This document shows positions 12,866 through 22,678 of a DNA stretch of 64,000 nucleotides, in pieces. Position numbers and translations under genes: made by a program. The stretch covers positions 640,001 to 704,000 of the forward strand of contig CAXXNO010000004.1 in the NCBI GenBank assembly GCA_963663235.2. The letters run 5' to 3'. Within the stretch, counting starts at the first letter, position 1. Each line of letters opens with the position of its first letter. Under the pieces are notes generated by a model, which saw nothing but the letters and a program-made list of their open reading frames with translations, was not told the origin of the DNA and searched no databases. The stretch is from Dehalococcoidia bacterium. Lineage in GTDB: Bacteria > Chloroflexota > Dehalococcoidia > Bin125.

Positions 12866-13210
12866 CTACTCGATGCGCAGCAACTGTTTGCCGCGCCCCC
12901 ACAGCTGTTCTAGCTCGTAGTAGGCGCGCTCTTCGGGGGTAAACAGGTGCACGATCACGTCGCCGAAGTCCAACAGGAGCCAGCCCGCCGCCGGCGTCCC
13001 TTCCCGGCGCGGCCGCTGCGCTCCGGCCCGCGGCGCCTCTCGCGTGATCGCCTCGGCCAGCGCCTCGAACTGCCGCGGCGAGACGGCGCTGGCAATCACG
13101 AAGTAATCGGTGAATCCGGCGATGCCGCTGATGTCCAGCAGGACGATCGCCTCCGCTTGCAGATCGGCCAGCGTATCCGCAATCTGCCGGGCCAGTTCGG
13201 ATCCCTGCAG
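12866..13210 (-). CDS. rsfS: Ribosome silencing factor RsfS (start uncertain, possibly CTG at 13210)
   Basis: [23 protein letters not shown] and [10 protein letters not shown] motifs. Confidence 0.93.
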   Translation of the reverse strand: MQGSELARQIADTLADLQAEAIVLLDISGIAGFTDYFVIASAVSPRQFEALAEAITREAPRAGAQRPRREGTPAAGWLLLDFGDVIVHLFTPEERAYYELEQLWGRGKQLLRIE

Positions 13211-13310
13211 GCCGCCCCCCTCCCCTGTCTTCTTGCCGGCGCACGGAACGGCCGCGAGTATACCATTGCGACTTCGCGGCCGGCGGCCGCGTGCGCGTCG
13301 GAGCGCACCA

Positions 13311-14447
13311 ATGACTGAACGCGTGGTGGTGGCCATGAGCGGCGGCGTCGATTCTTCCGTCGCGGCCGCCCTGCTCAAGGAGCAGGGCTACGAGGTGATC
13401 GGCATCACCATGCGCCTCTGGACGGAGCCCCGCGCACAGGCGCTCAGCGGCCGCAACCGCTGCTGCGGCGTTGAGGACATCGACGACGCTCGTCGTGTCG
13501 CCCACCGCCTCGATATCCCGCATTACGTGCTCAACTTGGAGAAGCCGTTCCGCCGCGCCGTGGTGGAGCCGTTCGTCCAAGCCTACGCCGCCGGGCGCAC
13601 GCCCAATCCCTGCCTGGAGTGCAACACCTTTATCAAGTTCGACCAATTCTTCGACCGCGCCATGGCCTTGCAAGCCGATTACATCGCCACCGGCCACTAC
13701 GCCCGCCGCGTCATGGGCCCGGATGGAATCGAGCTGCACCGCGCGGCCGACTCAAACAAGGATCAGTCCTACGTGCTGTATACGCTGCCCCCGGCGGTGC
13801 TGGCGCGGACCCTCTTCCCGCTCGGCGACCTGACTAAGAGCGAGGTGCGCGCGCTCGCCCAGCGCCACGGCCTGTCGGTGGCGCAGAAGCCGGACAGCGC
13901 CGACATCTGCTTCGTGCCCGCGGGCGATTACCGTGACTTCGTGCGCCGCTGGATCCCCGACCGGCCCGGCGTCTTCGTGGACGCCACGGGCCGGGTGCTG
14001 GGGAGCCACGCCGGCGCTCAGCATTTCACCATCGGCCAGCGCCGCGGCTTGGGCCTGACCTTGGGCCGCCCGACCTACGTCACCGCCATCGACGCGGATA
14101 GCAACCAGGTCCGCCTCGGCTCAATGGACGATCTGCGCATCGAGGCGCTGGAGGCGCGCGACTGGCGTTGGCTGCTGCCGCCCCCCTCCGGGGTGCTCCC
14201 CGTTCACGTCAAGCTCCGCTACCGCGCCACGCCCATCCCGGCGACGATCCGGCAGCACGCCGGCGACGGCGCGCTGCTCCGTTTGCATGACCCGTCCCCT
14301 GGGAGCGTCGGCGCCGTGGCCCCCGGCCAGGCGGCCGTCTGTTACCAGGGAGATCGGGTAGTGGCCGGCGGAACGATTGAGCGCACCTTCCGCTCCTGGC
14401 GCCGGGCCTCTCTGTCGGCCGCCGTCGTGCCGGCCTCCCGTGCGTGA
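13311..14447 (+). CDS. mnmA: tRNA 2-thiouridylase MnmA (CXXC-containing type)
   Basis: [45 protein letters not shown] and APGQAAV motifs. Confidence 0.96.
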   Translation: MTERVVVAMSGGVDSSVAAALLKEQGYEVIGITMRLWTEPRAQALSGRNRCCGVEDIDDARRVAHRLDIPHYVLNLEKPFRRAVVEPFVQAYAAGRTPNPCLECNTFIKFDQFFDRAMALQADYIATGHYARRVMGPDGIELHRAADSNKDQSYVLYTLPPAVLARTLFPLGDLTKSEVRALAQRHGLSVAQKPDSADICFVPAGDYRDFVRRWIPDRPGVFVDATGRVLGSHAGAQHFTIGQRRGLGLTLGRPTYVTAIDADSNQVRLGSMDDLRIEALEARDWRWLLPPPSGVLPVHVKLRYRATPIPATIRQHAGDGALLRLHDPSPGSVGAVAPGQAAVCYQGDRVVAGGTIERTFRSWRRASLSAAVVPASRA

Positions 14448-14534
14448 TATACTCCCGCCCGCCGCGCGTCCAGGCTGGCGGGAGGCTGTATCGTTCTCTC
14501 TACGCTGTCCACGCTGACCGATATCCGCGACGTC

Positions 14535-14822
14535 GTGCTGATCGTCTTCGCCATCACCGCCGTGCTGATGTTCATCGTCACGATGATCTTCACCGTGCTG
14601 ATCGGCTACGGCCTCTTCGCCCTCATCCGCGGCAGCCGCCGCACCGTGAGTGACAGGCTCGGGCCGCTGCTGGACAGCGCCCAGGCGACCATGCACAGCG
14701 TCCGCGTCACCAGCGAGTACATGTCGGACGCGGCGGTCTCGCCGGTCGTTGGCGCCTACGGCTTGTTCGCCGGGCTGCGACGCGCCGTGGACGTCCTGAT
14801 CCGGCGAGGGAACGGCCGATGA
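14535..14822 (+). CDS. Small membrane protein (start may lie slightly upstream)
   Basis: Hydrophobic N-terminal helix; GGAGG at about 14481; stop overlaps next ATG. Confidence 0.6.
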   Translation: MLIVFAITAVLMFIVTMIFTVLIGYGLFALIRGSRRTVSDRLGPLLDSAQATMHSVRVTSEYMSDAAVSPVVGAYGLFAGLRRAVDVLIRRGNGR

Positions 14823-15049
14823 GCCTGCGCCGCGGCCTCTTCTTCGGCTTGCTGGTGGGGCTCGTCGCGACGGCCGCGCGCCGCTCCGGCCGGTTCGAGA
14901 CCGTCACGCGCCGCGCCACTCCACTGGCGGGCGCCATCGATGCCGGTCGCCGGGAGGCGGCGGCCGTGCGGACGCGAGAGCGGCGGCGCTTCCAGGAGGC
15001 GCGACGCCGGGGTGCCTTTTCCGAGGAGGACTCGCCCGGCAGCGGCTAG
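14819..15049 (+). CDS. Small membrane-anchored hypothetical protein
   Basis: ATGA overlap with the previous gene; GLFFGLLVGLV anchor followed by a charged helix. Confidence 0.55.
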   Translation: MSLRRGLFFGLLVGLVATAARRSGRFETVTRRATPLAGAIDAGRREAAAVRTRERRRFQEARRRGAFSEEDSPGSG

Positions 15050-15068
15050 CGCCGCTTGTGGCGGCGGC

Positions 15069-15158
15069 TGGCGGAGAGGGTGGGATTCGAACCCACGAGG
15101 GGCTTGCGCCCCCACACGCTTTCCAGGCGTGCCTGTTCAGCCACTCCAGCACCTCTCC
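15069..15158 (-). tRNA. tRNA-Ser(GGA)
   Basis: GGAGAGG acceptor stem, anticodon arm CACGC-CTGGAAA-GCGTG, long variable arm, GGTTCGAATCC and encoded CCA. Confidence 0.97.
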
Positions 15159-15186
15159 GTGGACGAACTGCCCGGCGCAGATACAG

Positions 15187-15277
15187 TGGCGGAGAGGGTG
15201 GGATTCGAACCCACGAGGGCCTTGTGAGCCCTACCGATTTTCGAGATCGGCACCTTCAACCACTCGGACACCTCTCC
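15187..15277 (-). tRNA. tRNA-Ser(CGA)
   Basis: Anticodon arm CCGAT-CTCGAAA-ATCGG, long variable arm, GGTTCGAATCC and encoded CCA. Confidence 0.97.
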
Positions 15278-15388
15278 GGTGGGGCTGTCAGTATATCAGC
15301 GCTCGCCCCGGCCTTTCGCACGCGGAGGCCGGCGGCGCACGACTGACGCCGTTGGCCCCGCCGCCGCGATGCCGTACGCTCCCCCGCG

Positions 15389-16018
15389 ATGCCTCTCCGC
15401 TTGCTGTTGTCGGCGTTGATCCTGATCGCCGCCGTCGCGCCGCTCTCCCCCACGGACGCGCAGGCGCCCGATGACGAAGCCGGTCCGCCCGCGACGCTGA
15501 TCAGCCCCGTGGCTGGCGGCTGGACCTTGTTGGTCAACCTCGGCGACGCCGGCCCCCCGGCGGCCGTGCTGGGACTGCTGCGCGACTTCGTCACCGCCGC
15601 CTTCGCCCGCGACGACTCTCTCCGACGCTTCCGCACCTACGGGCCCGGCTTCCCCGGCCTCAGCGACCTGGCGGAGATCGCGGCCGGGCAGCCGTTCTGG
15701 GTCCGCGTCCCCGCGGATCGGCTCCAGGACGATCTCTACCTCTGGGAGCAGCCCGCCACGCAGGCCGATCTCGCCGTGCCCCTGCGGCCCGGATTCAACC
15801 TGGTCCCCTGGACCGGAACCGATGGCCTGTCCGTCAGCGCGGCGACGGCGGGCATCGCCGTGCGGCGCGCCTACCTCTGGGATCTGTCGCAGCAGCGCTA
15901 CCGCGTCTGGGGCTCCGACCTGCCGCCCTTCGTCCGCGACGACTTCGAGTTGGAGTACGGCGCGGCGATCTGGCTGGACCTCGCCGGCTCGATGTCCGTG
16001 ACCTGGGAGCAGTCCTAG
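15389..16018 (+). CDS. Secreted hypothetical protein with two internal repeats
   Basis: Signal peptide; repeats GWTLLV...PFWVRV and GFNLVPW...AIWLDL. Confidence 0.7.
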   Translation: MPLRLLLSALILIAAVAPLSPTDAQAPDDEAGPPATLISPVAGGWTLLVNLGDAGPPAAVLGLLRDFVTAAFARDDSLRRFRTYGPGFPGLSDLAEIAAGQPFWVRVPADRLQDDLYLWEQPATQADLAVPLRPGFNLVPWTGTDGLSVSAATAGIAVRRAYLWDLSQQRYRVWGSDLPPFVRDDFELEYGAAIWLDLAGSMSVTWEQS

Positions 16019-16302
16019 CGCCCGCGCCCGACGCCTGGCCCCGTTCGTCCTGAGCTTGTCGAAGAGTGATCGCGGCTCGGCTCCCCCTCTCCATGGCTTT
16101 GACATGGAGAGGGGGCCGGGGGGTGAGGTCACCGCCACCGTCCGCTGGGAGCAATCCAGCGCCGGCGCCCGACGCGCGGCCCCGTTCGTCCCCAGCTATC
16201 GAACGGCGAGCGGGGCTCGGCTCCCCCTCTCCATGGCTTTGACATGGAGAGGGGGCCGGGGGGTGAGGTTCACCGCCACCGTCCGCTGGGAGCAGTCCTA
16301 GC
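16003..16302. repeat. Tandem ~141-bp duplication carrying REP-like hairpins
   Basis: ctgggagca(g/a)tcc at 16003, 16145 and 16286; two copies of CCCCCTCTCCATG-gctttga-CATGGAGAGGGGG followed by ggtgagg. Confidence 0.9.
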
Positions 16303-17155
16303 CGGCCGCTCCGCCCTCCACGAACTCTGTGCCCGCCGGCAACCGGCCCCGCATGCAGGCCACGGCCTCCGCGTTGTTATCGATCAGCAGGAAGGCGCGT
16401 CCCAGCCGTGCCGCCACCGCCCCCACCGTGCCGCTCCCCGCGAAAGGGTCCAGCACCAGGTCGCCCGGGTTGCTCCCGGCGCGAATGATCCGCTCGGCCA
16501 GCGCTTCCGGCTTCTGGGTCGGGTAGCCGCTGCGCTCGGCGCTGCGCGTCCCGACGATCGTGTGCCACCAAGTGTCGGTGGGCAGCTTCCCCACGGCCGC
16601 CTTCTCCGGCCCCACCAGCCCCGGCGCCATGTACGGAATCCGGTCGATGTCGTCCTGGTTGAAGGTGTAGCCGTTCGGATCCTTCACGTAGACCAGGATG
16701 GTGTCGTGCTTGGCAGGCCAGCGCCGCTTGGGGCGGCCTCCGTAGTCGTACGCCCAGATGATCTCGTTGAGGAAGCGGTCGCGACCGAAGATGCCGTCCA
16801 GCAGCACCTTGCAGTAGTGCGCCTCACGATAGTCGAGGTGTAAATACAGCGATCCCGACGGCGAGAGCACCCGATGGATCTCCCGCAGCCGCGGTTCCAG
16901 AAAGGCGAGGTAATCGTCGAACTGGTCCGCGAACGCCTGCGTGCCCAGCGTCGTGCTGCGGTACCGCCGTCCCGTGAAGCCGCTGCGGTCGCCGTTCGGG
17001 TCGGCCGCGACGCGGATCCGCGTGCGACGCTGCGTCTTTCCCGTGTTGAACGGCGGATCCGTGTAGACCAGTTGCACCGACTGATCGCCCAGCGCCTGCA
17101 GCACCGGCAGGTTGTCCCCGAAGACCACCGTGTCCCGCGGGCTCTCGGCCTCCAT
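16298..17155 (-). CDS. Orphan beta-class N6A/N4C DNA methyltransferase
   Basis: YTDPPFNTG, YPTQKPEAL and VLDPFAGSGT motifs in beta order. Confidence 0.92.
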   Translation of the reverse strand: MEAESPRDTVVFGDNLPVLQALGDQSVQLVYTDPPFNTGKTQRRTRIRVAADPNGDRSGFTGRRYRSTTLGTQAFADQFDDYLAFLEPRLREIHRVLSPSGSLYLHLDYREAHYCKVLLDGIFGRDRFLNEIIWAYDYGGRPKRRWPAKHDTILVYVKDPNGYTFNQDDIDRIPYMAPGLVGPEKAAVGKLPTDTWWHTIVGTRSAERSGYPTQKPEALAERIIRAGSNPGDLVLDPFAGSGTVGAVAARLGRAFLLIDNNAEAVACMRGRLPAGTEFVEGGAAG

Positions 17156-17169
17156 CCGCCCCCGCCCCG

Positions 17170-17337
17170 CTAGCGCCCGCGCATGCCCCGTTTGCCCCCG
17201 CCCAGCAGGCGGAAGGGCAGCCCCACCACCGTCCCGATCAGCGTAACCGCGCTGACCGCGGCCTGCGCCAGCAACTGCACCAGCGCGCTCATCAGCCCCA
17301 TCAGCAGGGTCACGGGCATCATCAGCATCCCGATCAT
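17170..17337 (-). CDS. Small 55-aa hydrophobic protein (not in ORF track)
   Basis: MIGMLMMPVTLLMGLMSALVQLLAQAAVSAVTLIGTVVGLPFRLLGGGKRGMRGR; ATGA overlap with the upstream stop and GGAG-rich RBS. Confidence 0.6.
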   Translation of the reverse strand: MIGMLMMPVTLLMGLMSALVQLLAQAAVSAVTLIGTVVGLPFRLLGGGKRGMRGR

Positions 17338-18083
17338 GGCTCCGCCTCTCCCTCTTGCCGTGGTCGTGGCGTCGATGCGGGCGCGACCTCGTGTTCGCCC
17401 CGCCGCTCCTCTTCGTAGCGCGCCTCTTCCGCCTCTTCGCGCTTCCGGCGTCGCTCCTCCTCGGCCTCCTCCAGCTCCTTGCCGAACCCCTCTTCTTCCA
17501 TCTGCTCCGCCGGCCGCTCGTCCACCTCGGCGTCGAACAATTCCGCGAGCAGGGCGTACGTGCGGCCACCCAGGTAATGCAGCGGCTTGTAGTCGTCATC
17601 CTCCAGCGACCAGATCAGCCGCTCGCTGTCGAAGGCGTCGGTGTCGACCTGGCAGCGCAGCACCTTGCCCACGAAGAGCGTGTGGTCGCCCAGCGTGTAG
17701 CGGTCCTGCACGCTGCACTCGATCCAGCCCACGCACCCCTCCAGCAGCGGCGCGTCGATCTCTTTGGCGTTGAAATGCGGCAGTCGCGACACATCCAGCT
17801 TGTCGGCCTGGAGACCGCTGACCATCCCCAGCCATTGCGTGTGGTTGAGCAGGAGGCGGGAGGGAACGTTGATGGCGAACTCCTCCCCGTACTGGATCAT
17901 GTCGTGGCTGTGACGGGTGGGGTGCACCGCAATCGCCACCAGCGGCGGGCGCACGCTCACCGGCATCGCCCACGCGATCGGGAAGACGTTGCTGACCGCC
18001 TGCCAGCTCGACGTCACCAGCAGCACCGGCGCGCCCCCCAGCAGGCGCCGCGCCTCCGTCTCGTCGATTTTCTTGCGCACCAT
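17334..18083 (-). CDS. Flavin reductase-like (DIM6/NTAB) family protein
   Basis: PVSVRPPLVAIAV, EFAINVP, APLLEGCVGWIEC and GDHTLFVGKV motifs; Glu/Arg-rich tail. Confidence 0.88.
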   Translation of the reverse strand: MVRKKIDETEARRLLGGAPVLLVTSSWQAVSNVFPIAWAMPVSVRPPLVAIAVHPTRHSHDMIQYGEEFAINVPSRLLLNHTQWLGMVSGLQADKLDVSRLPHFNAKEIDAPLLEGCVGWIECSVQDRYTLGDHTLFVGKVLRCQVDTDAFDSERLIWSLEDDDYKPLHYLGGRTYALLAELFDAEVDERPAEQMEEEGFGKELEEAEEERRRKREEAEEARYEEERRGEHEVAPASTPRPRQEGEAEP

Positions 18084-18196
18084 CGCTCCGTGAGCGTATC
18101 GAGGAAGGCCCGCGCGCGCATCCGCCCGCGTCGGCTAGAATCGGGCCGCCGGTGGCGATCGAGAGCCGGGCCACCGAGAGCGGGAGCAGGCGCCCT

Positions 18197-19399
18197 GTGG
18201 TCGATTTCCACGACACGCCCGACGAAACCGCGTTCCGCGGCCAGGTGCGTGACTTCCTCCAGGCCGAATACACGCCCCTCCGCGAGGCGCTGGACGCGGA
18301 GCGTCCCGAGGGCTCCGATAAGTTCGCCCTCACCCCCACTACCCGCGTCTGGTTCCGCAAGCTGGCGCAGCGCGGCTGGATCGCCCCCTCCTGGCCCCAG
18401 CAATACGGCGGCGGCGGCATGTCGGTGATGCAGCAATTCGTCTTCAACGAGGAGATGGGCGAGGCTCGCGCCGTCCAGCCCGGCGTCATCACGGTCGGGA
18501 TCGTCGGCCCCACGATCATCGCCCTCGGCACGGAGGAGCAGAAGGCCCAGCACCTCCCGGGCATCCTCAGCGGCGAGGTGATCTGGTGCCAGGGCTACTC
18601 CGAGCCCGGCGCCGGCTCCGACCTGGCCTCCCTTCAGACCCGCGCCGTCCGCGACGGCGACGACTGGCTCATCAGCGGCCAGAAGATCTGGACCAGCGGC
18701 GCCCACGTCGCTTCCTGGATCATCCTCCTCGCCCGCACCGACCCCGACGCCCCCAAGCACAAGGGCCTCACCTACTTCATCGTCGATATGAAGGCCCCCG
18801 GGGTATCGGTGCGGCCCCTGGTGCAGATGACCGGCTCTTCCGAGTTCAACGAGGTCTTCTTCGAGGACGTGCGCGTGCCCGCCGGCAACATCCTGGGCGA
18901 CGTCGACCGCGGCTGGTACGGCGCGGTCCAGACGCTCGACATCGAGCGCAGCAGCATCGGCGCGTTGGTGGGCCAGCGCCAGGCGGTGGAGGACTTGATC
19001 GCCTACGCCAAGGAACACCGCGCCGACGGCTCCTCCCGCCTCGACCCCAACCCCCTCGTCCGCTACGACCTGGCCGACCGCTACATCGAGACGCTGGCGG
19101 GCCGCATGCTCGCCTACCGCATCGTGAGCATGCAGGCCCGCGGCCAGACCCCCAACTACGAGGCCTCCATGGCCAAGCTCTACACCAACGAGGTCAACCA
19201 GCGCATCTACCGCACCGCCATGCAGGTGATCGGCCTCTACGGCCAGATCACGGGGCAGATGCCGGAGCGCGCCCCCAAGCGCGGCCGCTACGCGTACATG
19301 TACCTGCGCTCCGTCGCCAACACCATCGAAGGCGGCACCAGCGAGGTCCAGCGCAACATCATCGCCACCCGCGGCCTCGGCCTCCCCCGCTCCTACTGA
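18197..19399 (+). CDS. Acyl-CoA dehydrogenase family protein
   Basis: WCQGYSEPGAGSDLASL, GQKIWTS, FNEVFFEDV and TIEGGTSEVQRNII motifs. Confidence 0.94.
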   Translation: MVDFHDTPDETAFRGQVRDFLQAEYTPLREALDAERPEGSDKFALTPTTRVWFRKLAQRGWIAPSWPQQYGGGGMSVMQQFVFNEEMGEARAVQPGVITVGIVGPTIIALGTEEQKAQHLPGILSGEVIWCQGYSEPGAGSDLASLQTRAVRDGDDWLISGQKIWTSGAHVASWIILLARTDPDAPKHKGLTYFIVDMKAPGVSVRPLVQMTGSSEFNEVFFEDVRVPAGNILGDVDRGWYGAVQTLDIERSSIGALVGQRQAVEDLIAYAKEHRADGSSRLDPNPLVRYDLADRYIETLAGRMLAYRIVSMQARGQTPNYEASMAKLYTNEVNQRIYRTAMQVIGLYGQITGQMPERAPKRGRYAYMYLRSVANTIEGGTSEVQRNIIATRGLGLPRSY

Positions 19400-19547
19400 C
19401 GTGCTTCAATACTCTTCGGGCTTGCGACGTTAGACGCGGCGTGCTAGAACGTACGTTCGTAGGCGCTTTCCGGAGGAGCATACAGCTATAAAGACCAAGC
19501 TAAGGTCCACTGACAAGCTCAAAGAGGCTGGCAAGACTAAACCCGAC

Positions 19548-20492
19548 TTGGCTCGGTTTCTACCACCAAGCCTCACCGAGCTTCCGAACCCGCAGACCGA
19601 TCTGCCCCGCATTGCCAAGGACCGCGGTCTGACCGCAAGTATCGACGAAGCCGTACGACAAGTTCCGACTGCTCACCAGCTATGGCTACGTGACGCCCGC
19701 GAAATGAACCTTCCTTCAGACAGCGTTCATCTGGTCGTCACGTCACCCCCCTACTGGACCCTCAAGAAGTATCGAGACTGCGATGGCCAGCTCGGGGCCA
19801 TCGCCGACTATGAAGGCTTCCTATCGCAGTTAGACGCGATTTGGAGTCGGTGCTTTGATGCCCTCGTGCCGGGGGGGCGGCTAATCTGCGTCGTCGGAGA
19901 TGTTTGTTTATCGAGGAGAAAGAACGCTGGCAGGCACGTAGTAGTTCCTCTGCATTCATCGATCCAAGAGCGCTGCCGCCACATCGGTTACGACAATTTG
20001 GCTCCGATCGTCTGGCACAAAATCTCAAACGCTGCGTACGAGGTTGAGAACGGTTCCACGTTCCTGGGTAAGCCGTATGAGCCAAACGCAGTGATAAAGA
20101 ACGATATCGAGTTCATCCTGATGGAGCGGAAGCCAGGTTCTTATCGCAGCCCGACCTTGGAAGCCCGGATCTTAAGCTTGATATCTGTAGAAAATCATCA
20201 CAAGTGGTTCAGACAAATCTGGTCTGGCCTGACAGGCGCATCGACTCACCAGCATCCCGCGCCATTTCCTCTTGAGCTGGCGGAGCGGCTGGTTAGGATG
20301 TTTAGTTTCGTCGGTGATACTGTCCTCGACCCGTTCCTCGGCACCGCGACATCGAGTTTGGCTGCCGCCCGGTGGGGACGAAACAGCATTGGCTTCGAAG
20401 TAGACCCGCACTACTTTGAACTCGGCCATCAAAGAATGGCCCGAGAGACGCGGAATCTCTTCGGCAATGCAGCAATTGACGCGCTCCCGTAG
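19548..20492 (+). CDS. Beta-class DNA methyltransferase (SPPY, probably N4-cytosine)
   Basis: VVTSPPYW, HPAPFP and VLDPFLGTATS motifs; visibly lower GC than flanks. Confidence 0.92.
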   Translation: MARFLPPSLTELPNPQTDLPRIAKDRGLTASIDEAVRQVPTAHQLWLRDAREMNLPSDSVHLVVTSPPYWTLKKYRDCDGQLGAIADYEGFLSQLDAIWSRCFDALVPGGRLICVVGDVCLSRRKNAGRHVVVPLHSSIQERCRHIGYDNLAPIVWHKISNAAYEVENGSTFLGKPYEPNAVIKNDIEFILMERKPGSYRSPTLEARILSLISVENHHKWFRQIWSGLTGASTHQHPAPFPLELAERLVRMFSFVGDTVLDPFLGTATSSLAAARWGRNSIGFEVDPHYFELGHQRMARETRNLFGNAAIDALP

Positions 20493-20500
20493 CGAGTCCC

Positions 20501-21229
20501 ATGCCGGCCGCGACACTTGAGAAGCGGTTGTCCAAGGCAGTAAAGACGTTCTGGACGACTCGCAACCGCCAGATTGACGCGCAAGAAAAAAGACGCGGTA
20601 ACGGGGACCAAGGGTCCAGGGGCGCTGTCACTGGAGGTGCTCAACTCGACGGAGTGGCTGATCTCCTGAGTGAGCTTCTGGTTGAGAGCGGCATCGATCC
20701 CGCGACGATTCATAGGAAAAAGGACGTCGCTCTACCCGGATTCTTCCGCCCTTCAAAGGGGTGGGATCTGGTTGTTGTAATCGATGGCGTTCTTCTCGCG
20801 TCGATTGAGGTCAAGTCACAGGTCGGATCGTTTGGAAACAACTACAACAATCGGACGGAAGAAGCGCTCGGGAGCTCCACTGACCTGCGGACGGCTTATC
20901 GCGAAGGCGCTTTCGCCCCCTCGGCGAGGCCCTGGCTCGGCTACCTCATGTTGCTTGAGGAGGCTCCGAAATCGCTGGCGCCAGTTCGAGTTCAAGAGCC
21001 ACATTTCCCGGTGCGGGAAGAGTTTCGAGGAGCCTCTTACGCGAGGAGGTACGAACTCTTCTGTCGGAAGCTCGTGCGAGAACGCCTCTATGACGCCGCG
21101 TGCTTCATTCTCTCCGATCAAGTCGGAGGATCAAATGGTAAGTACCGCGAGCCCTCTTCCGAACTAGGCTTCCGGAACTTTGTTACCTCTTTAACCGCAC
21201 GGGCAATCACCCACCTAGGCTCGCCGTAA
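20501..21229 (+). CDS. PaeR7I/XhoI-family type II restriction endonuclease
   Basis: RGAVTGG, LPGFFRPSKGWD, IEVKSQVGSFGNNYNNRTEEALG and LVRERLYDAA motifs. Confidence 0.88.
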   Translation: MPAATLEKRLSKAVKTFWTTRNRQIDAQEKRRGNGDQGSRGAVTGGAQLDGVADLLSELLVESGIDPATIHRKKDVALPGFFRPSKGWDLVVVIDGVLLASIEVKSQVGSFGNNYNNRTEEALGSSTDLRTAYREGAFAPSARPWLGYLMLLEEAPKSLAPVRVQEPHFPVREEFRGASYARRYELFCRKLVRERLYDAACFILSDQVGGSNGKYREPSSELGFRNFVTSLTARAITHLGSP

Positions 21230-21295
21230 CGCCGCGCGGGCGGCTAACTCCGTTCCGATTGGTCCAGGTCGCAAAGCTAGCCCTCGCGCCTGTCC

Positions 21296-22594
21296 CTACT
21301 TCACCCCCACCGCCGACTCCACCTGCGGGATCGCCTGGAACCCGGTCGGCAGCGCCAGCACCGTCGCCGGCGCGCCGGTTTGCCGCTCCATCTCCGACGC
21401 CAGCTCCGCCACCGTCGCCGACACGTCCTCGCTCTTCCGCAAGTGCGCCGCCTTCGTCGTCGCCTCGTCCAGCGTCGAGTAGAGGTATACCTCCGCCTTC
21501 AACTGCGCCATCGCCTGGCACTGGATCCCCCACTGGTCGATGCGGTGGAAGTCCGGCTCCAGCAGCAGGGCAATCAGCGCCTCGGGACTCTCCCGCGATG
21601 CCAGGAACTCGGCGTAGTCTTCGTTCCCGACCCCTTCCCGGCACTCCGACGCCAGCACGATCGCCCCGCCCCGCCGCACCGCCCGCGCCGCCGCCGCCAT
21701 CCCCTTGATCGACTGGTACACGTTCAGGTCGGCCGGGTAGCCCCCGTTCGTCGTCACCACGATGTCGTACTCGTGCGGCACCGGCCGCAGCGCCGCCCGG
21801 TCCACCTCGGCCATCGCCGCGTCGTGCGCCGCCGCCAGCTCGCCGCAGAAGAAGCCCGTCACCCGACGGTCGGCGCTCAGCGTCACGTTGCACAGGAACG
21901 TCGGCTCCGACGCCAGCGCCACCGACCGCATCTCCTCGAAGATCGGGTTCCCTGCCCCCACGCAGAACGTCGCCTTGGGGTCCAGCAGGTTCGCCGCCGT
22001 GTGGTTGCGCATGATGTTGTGCGCCGCTGCGATGCCGGGCAGCACCCCTTTGCCGCCGCCGCTGTAGCCGGCGAAGATGTGCGGCTCCACGAACCCCGTC
22101 ACGATGCGCACGCTGGCCCGCATGTAGTGCGAGTTCAGGTAGATGCCGCCCCGGCGCTCTCCCGGGTAGCGCTGCAGGAACGTGAGCGAATCGGGATCCT
22201 GTGAGTCGTGCACCGCGACTCGGTAGTCCCGCACGATCTCCGGCCCCAGCAATCGCTCCAACTCGGGCCGCGACATCTGCCGGTGCAGCCCCGTCCCCAC
22301 GACGAGCGTGATCCGCTCCCGCGGCACGCCTCGACCCTCCACCACCCGCAGCAGCTCCGGCGCCGTCAGGCGGTTCGGCGCCGGCCGGGTGAGGTCGCTG
22401 AACACGATCGCGACGTGGTCGTCCGGCCCCACCAACTCGGCCAGCGGCGGCGACCCGATCGGCCCCGCCAGCGCCTCCCGCAGCGCCGCCGGCGGGGCCG
22501 CCAGCGGCGCCACGTCCTTCGGCATGATGACGTCCGTCTGCGCCGGCAGATCGACGTCCAGCCCGTTCTCGCCGTAGGACAGGTGCACCTTCAT
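21296..22594 (-). CDS. larA: LarA-family nickel-pincer racemase/epimerase
   Basis: SDLTRP, GTGLHR, VHD, PHIFAGYSGGGKGVLPG, RNH, GGYPADLNVYQSIKG and ECREG motifs. Confidence 0.9.
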   Translation of the reverse strand: MKVHLSYGENGLDVDLPAQTDVIMPKDVAPLAAPPAALREALAGPIGSPPLAELVGPDDHVAIVFSDLTRPAPNRLTAPELLRVVEGRGVPRERITLVVGTGLHRQMSRPELERLLGPEIVRDYRVAVHDSQDPDSLTFLQRYPGERRGGIYLNSHYMRASVRIVTGFVEPHIFAGYSGGGKGVLPGIAAAHNIMRNHTAANLLDPKATFCVGAGNPIFEEMRSVALASEPTFLCNVTLSADRRVTGFFCGELAAAHDAAMAEVDRAALRPVPHEYDIVVTTNGGYPADLNVYQSIKGMAAAARAVRRGGAIVLASECREGVGNEDYAEFLASRESPEALIALLLEPDFHRIDQWGIQCQAMAQLKAEVYLYSTLDEATTKAAHLRKSEDVSATVAELASEMERQTGAPATVLALPTGFQAIPQVESAVGVK

Positions 22595-22678
22595 GCGACC
22601 GAGCCTCGCACGCCCCGCAACGCGCCGTCAACGCGGACACCGCGGCGACGCACCGGCCCCTCCTCTACACTTCTTTTG

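Noticed and set aside
12784-16302. The repeats at 12.8 kb and 16 kb as CRISPR arrays
   Set aside because: No unique spacers, wrong periodicity and no cas genes.
19428-21250. GTTAGAC and GGCTAAC around the R-M islet as integron cassette ends
   Set aside because: No attC-like palindrome and no intI visible; 7-mers like these occur by chance.
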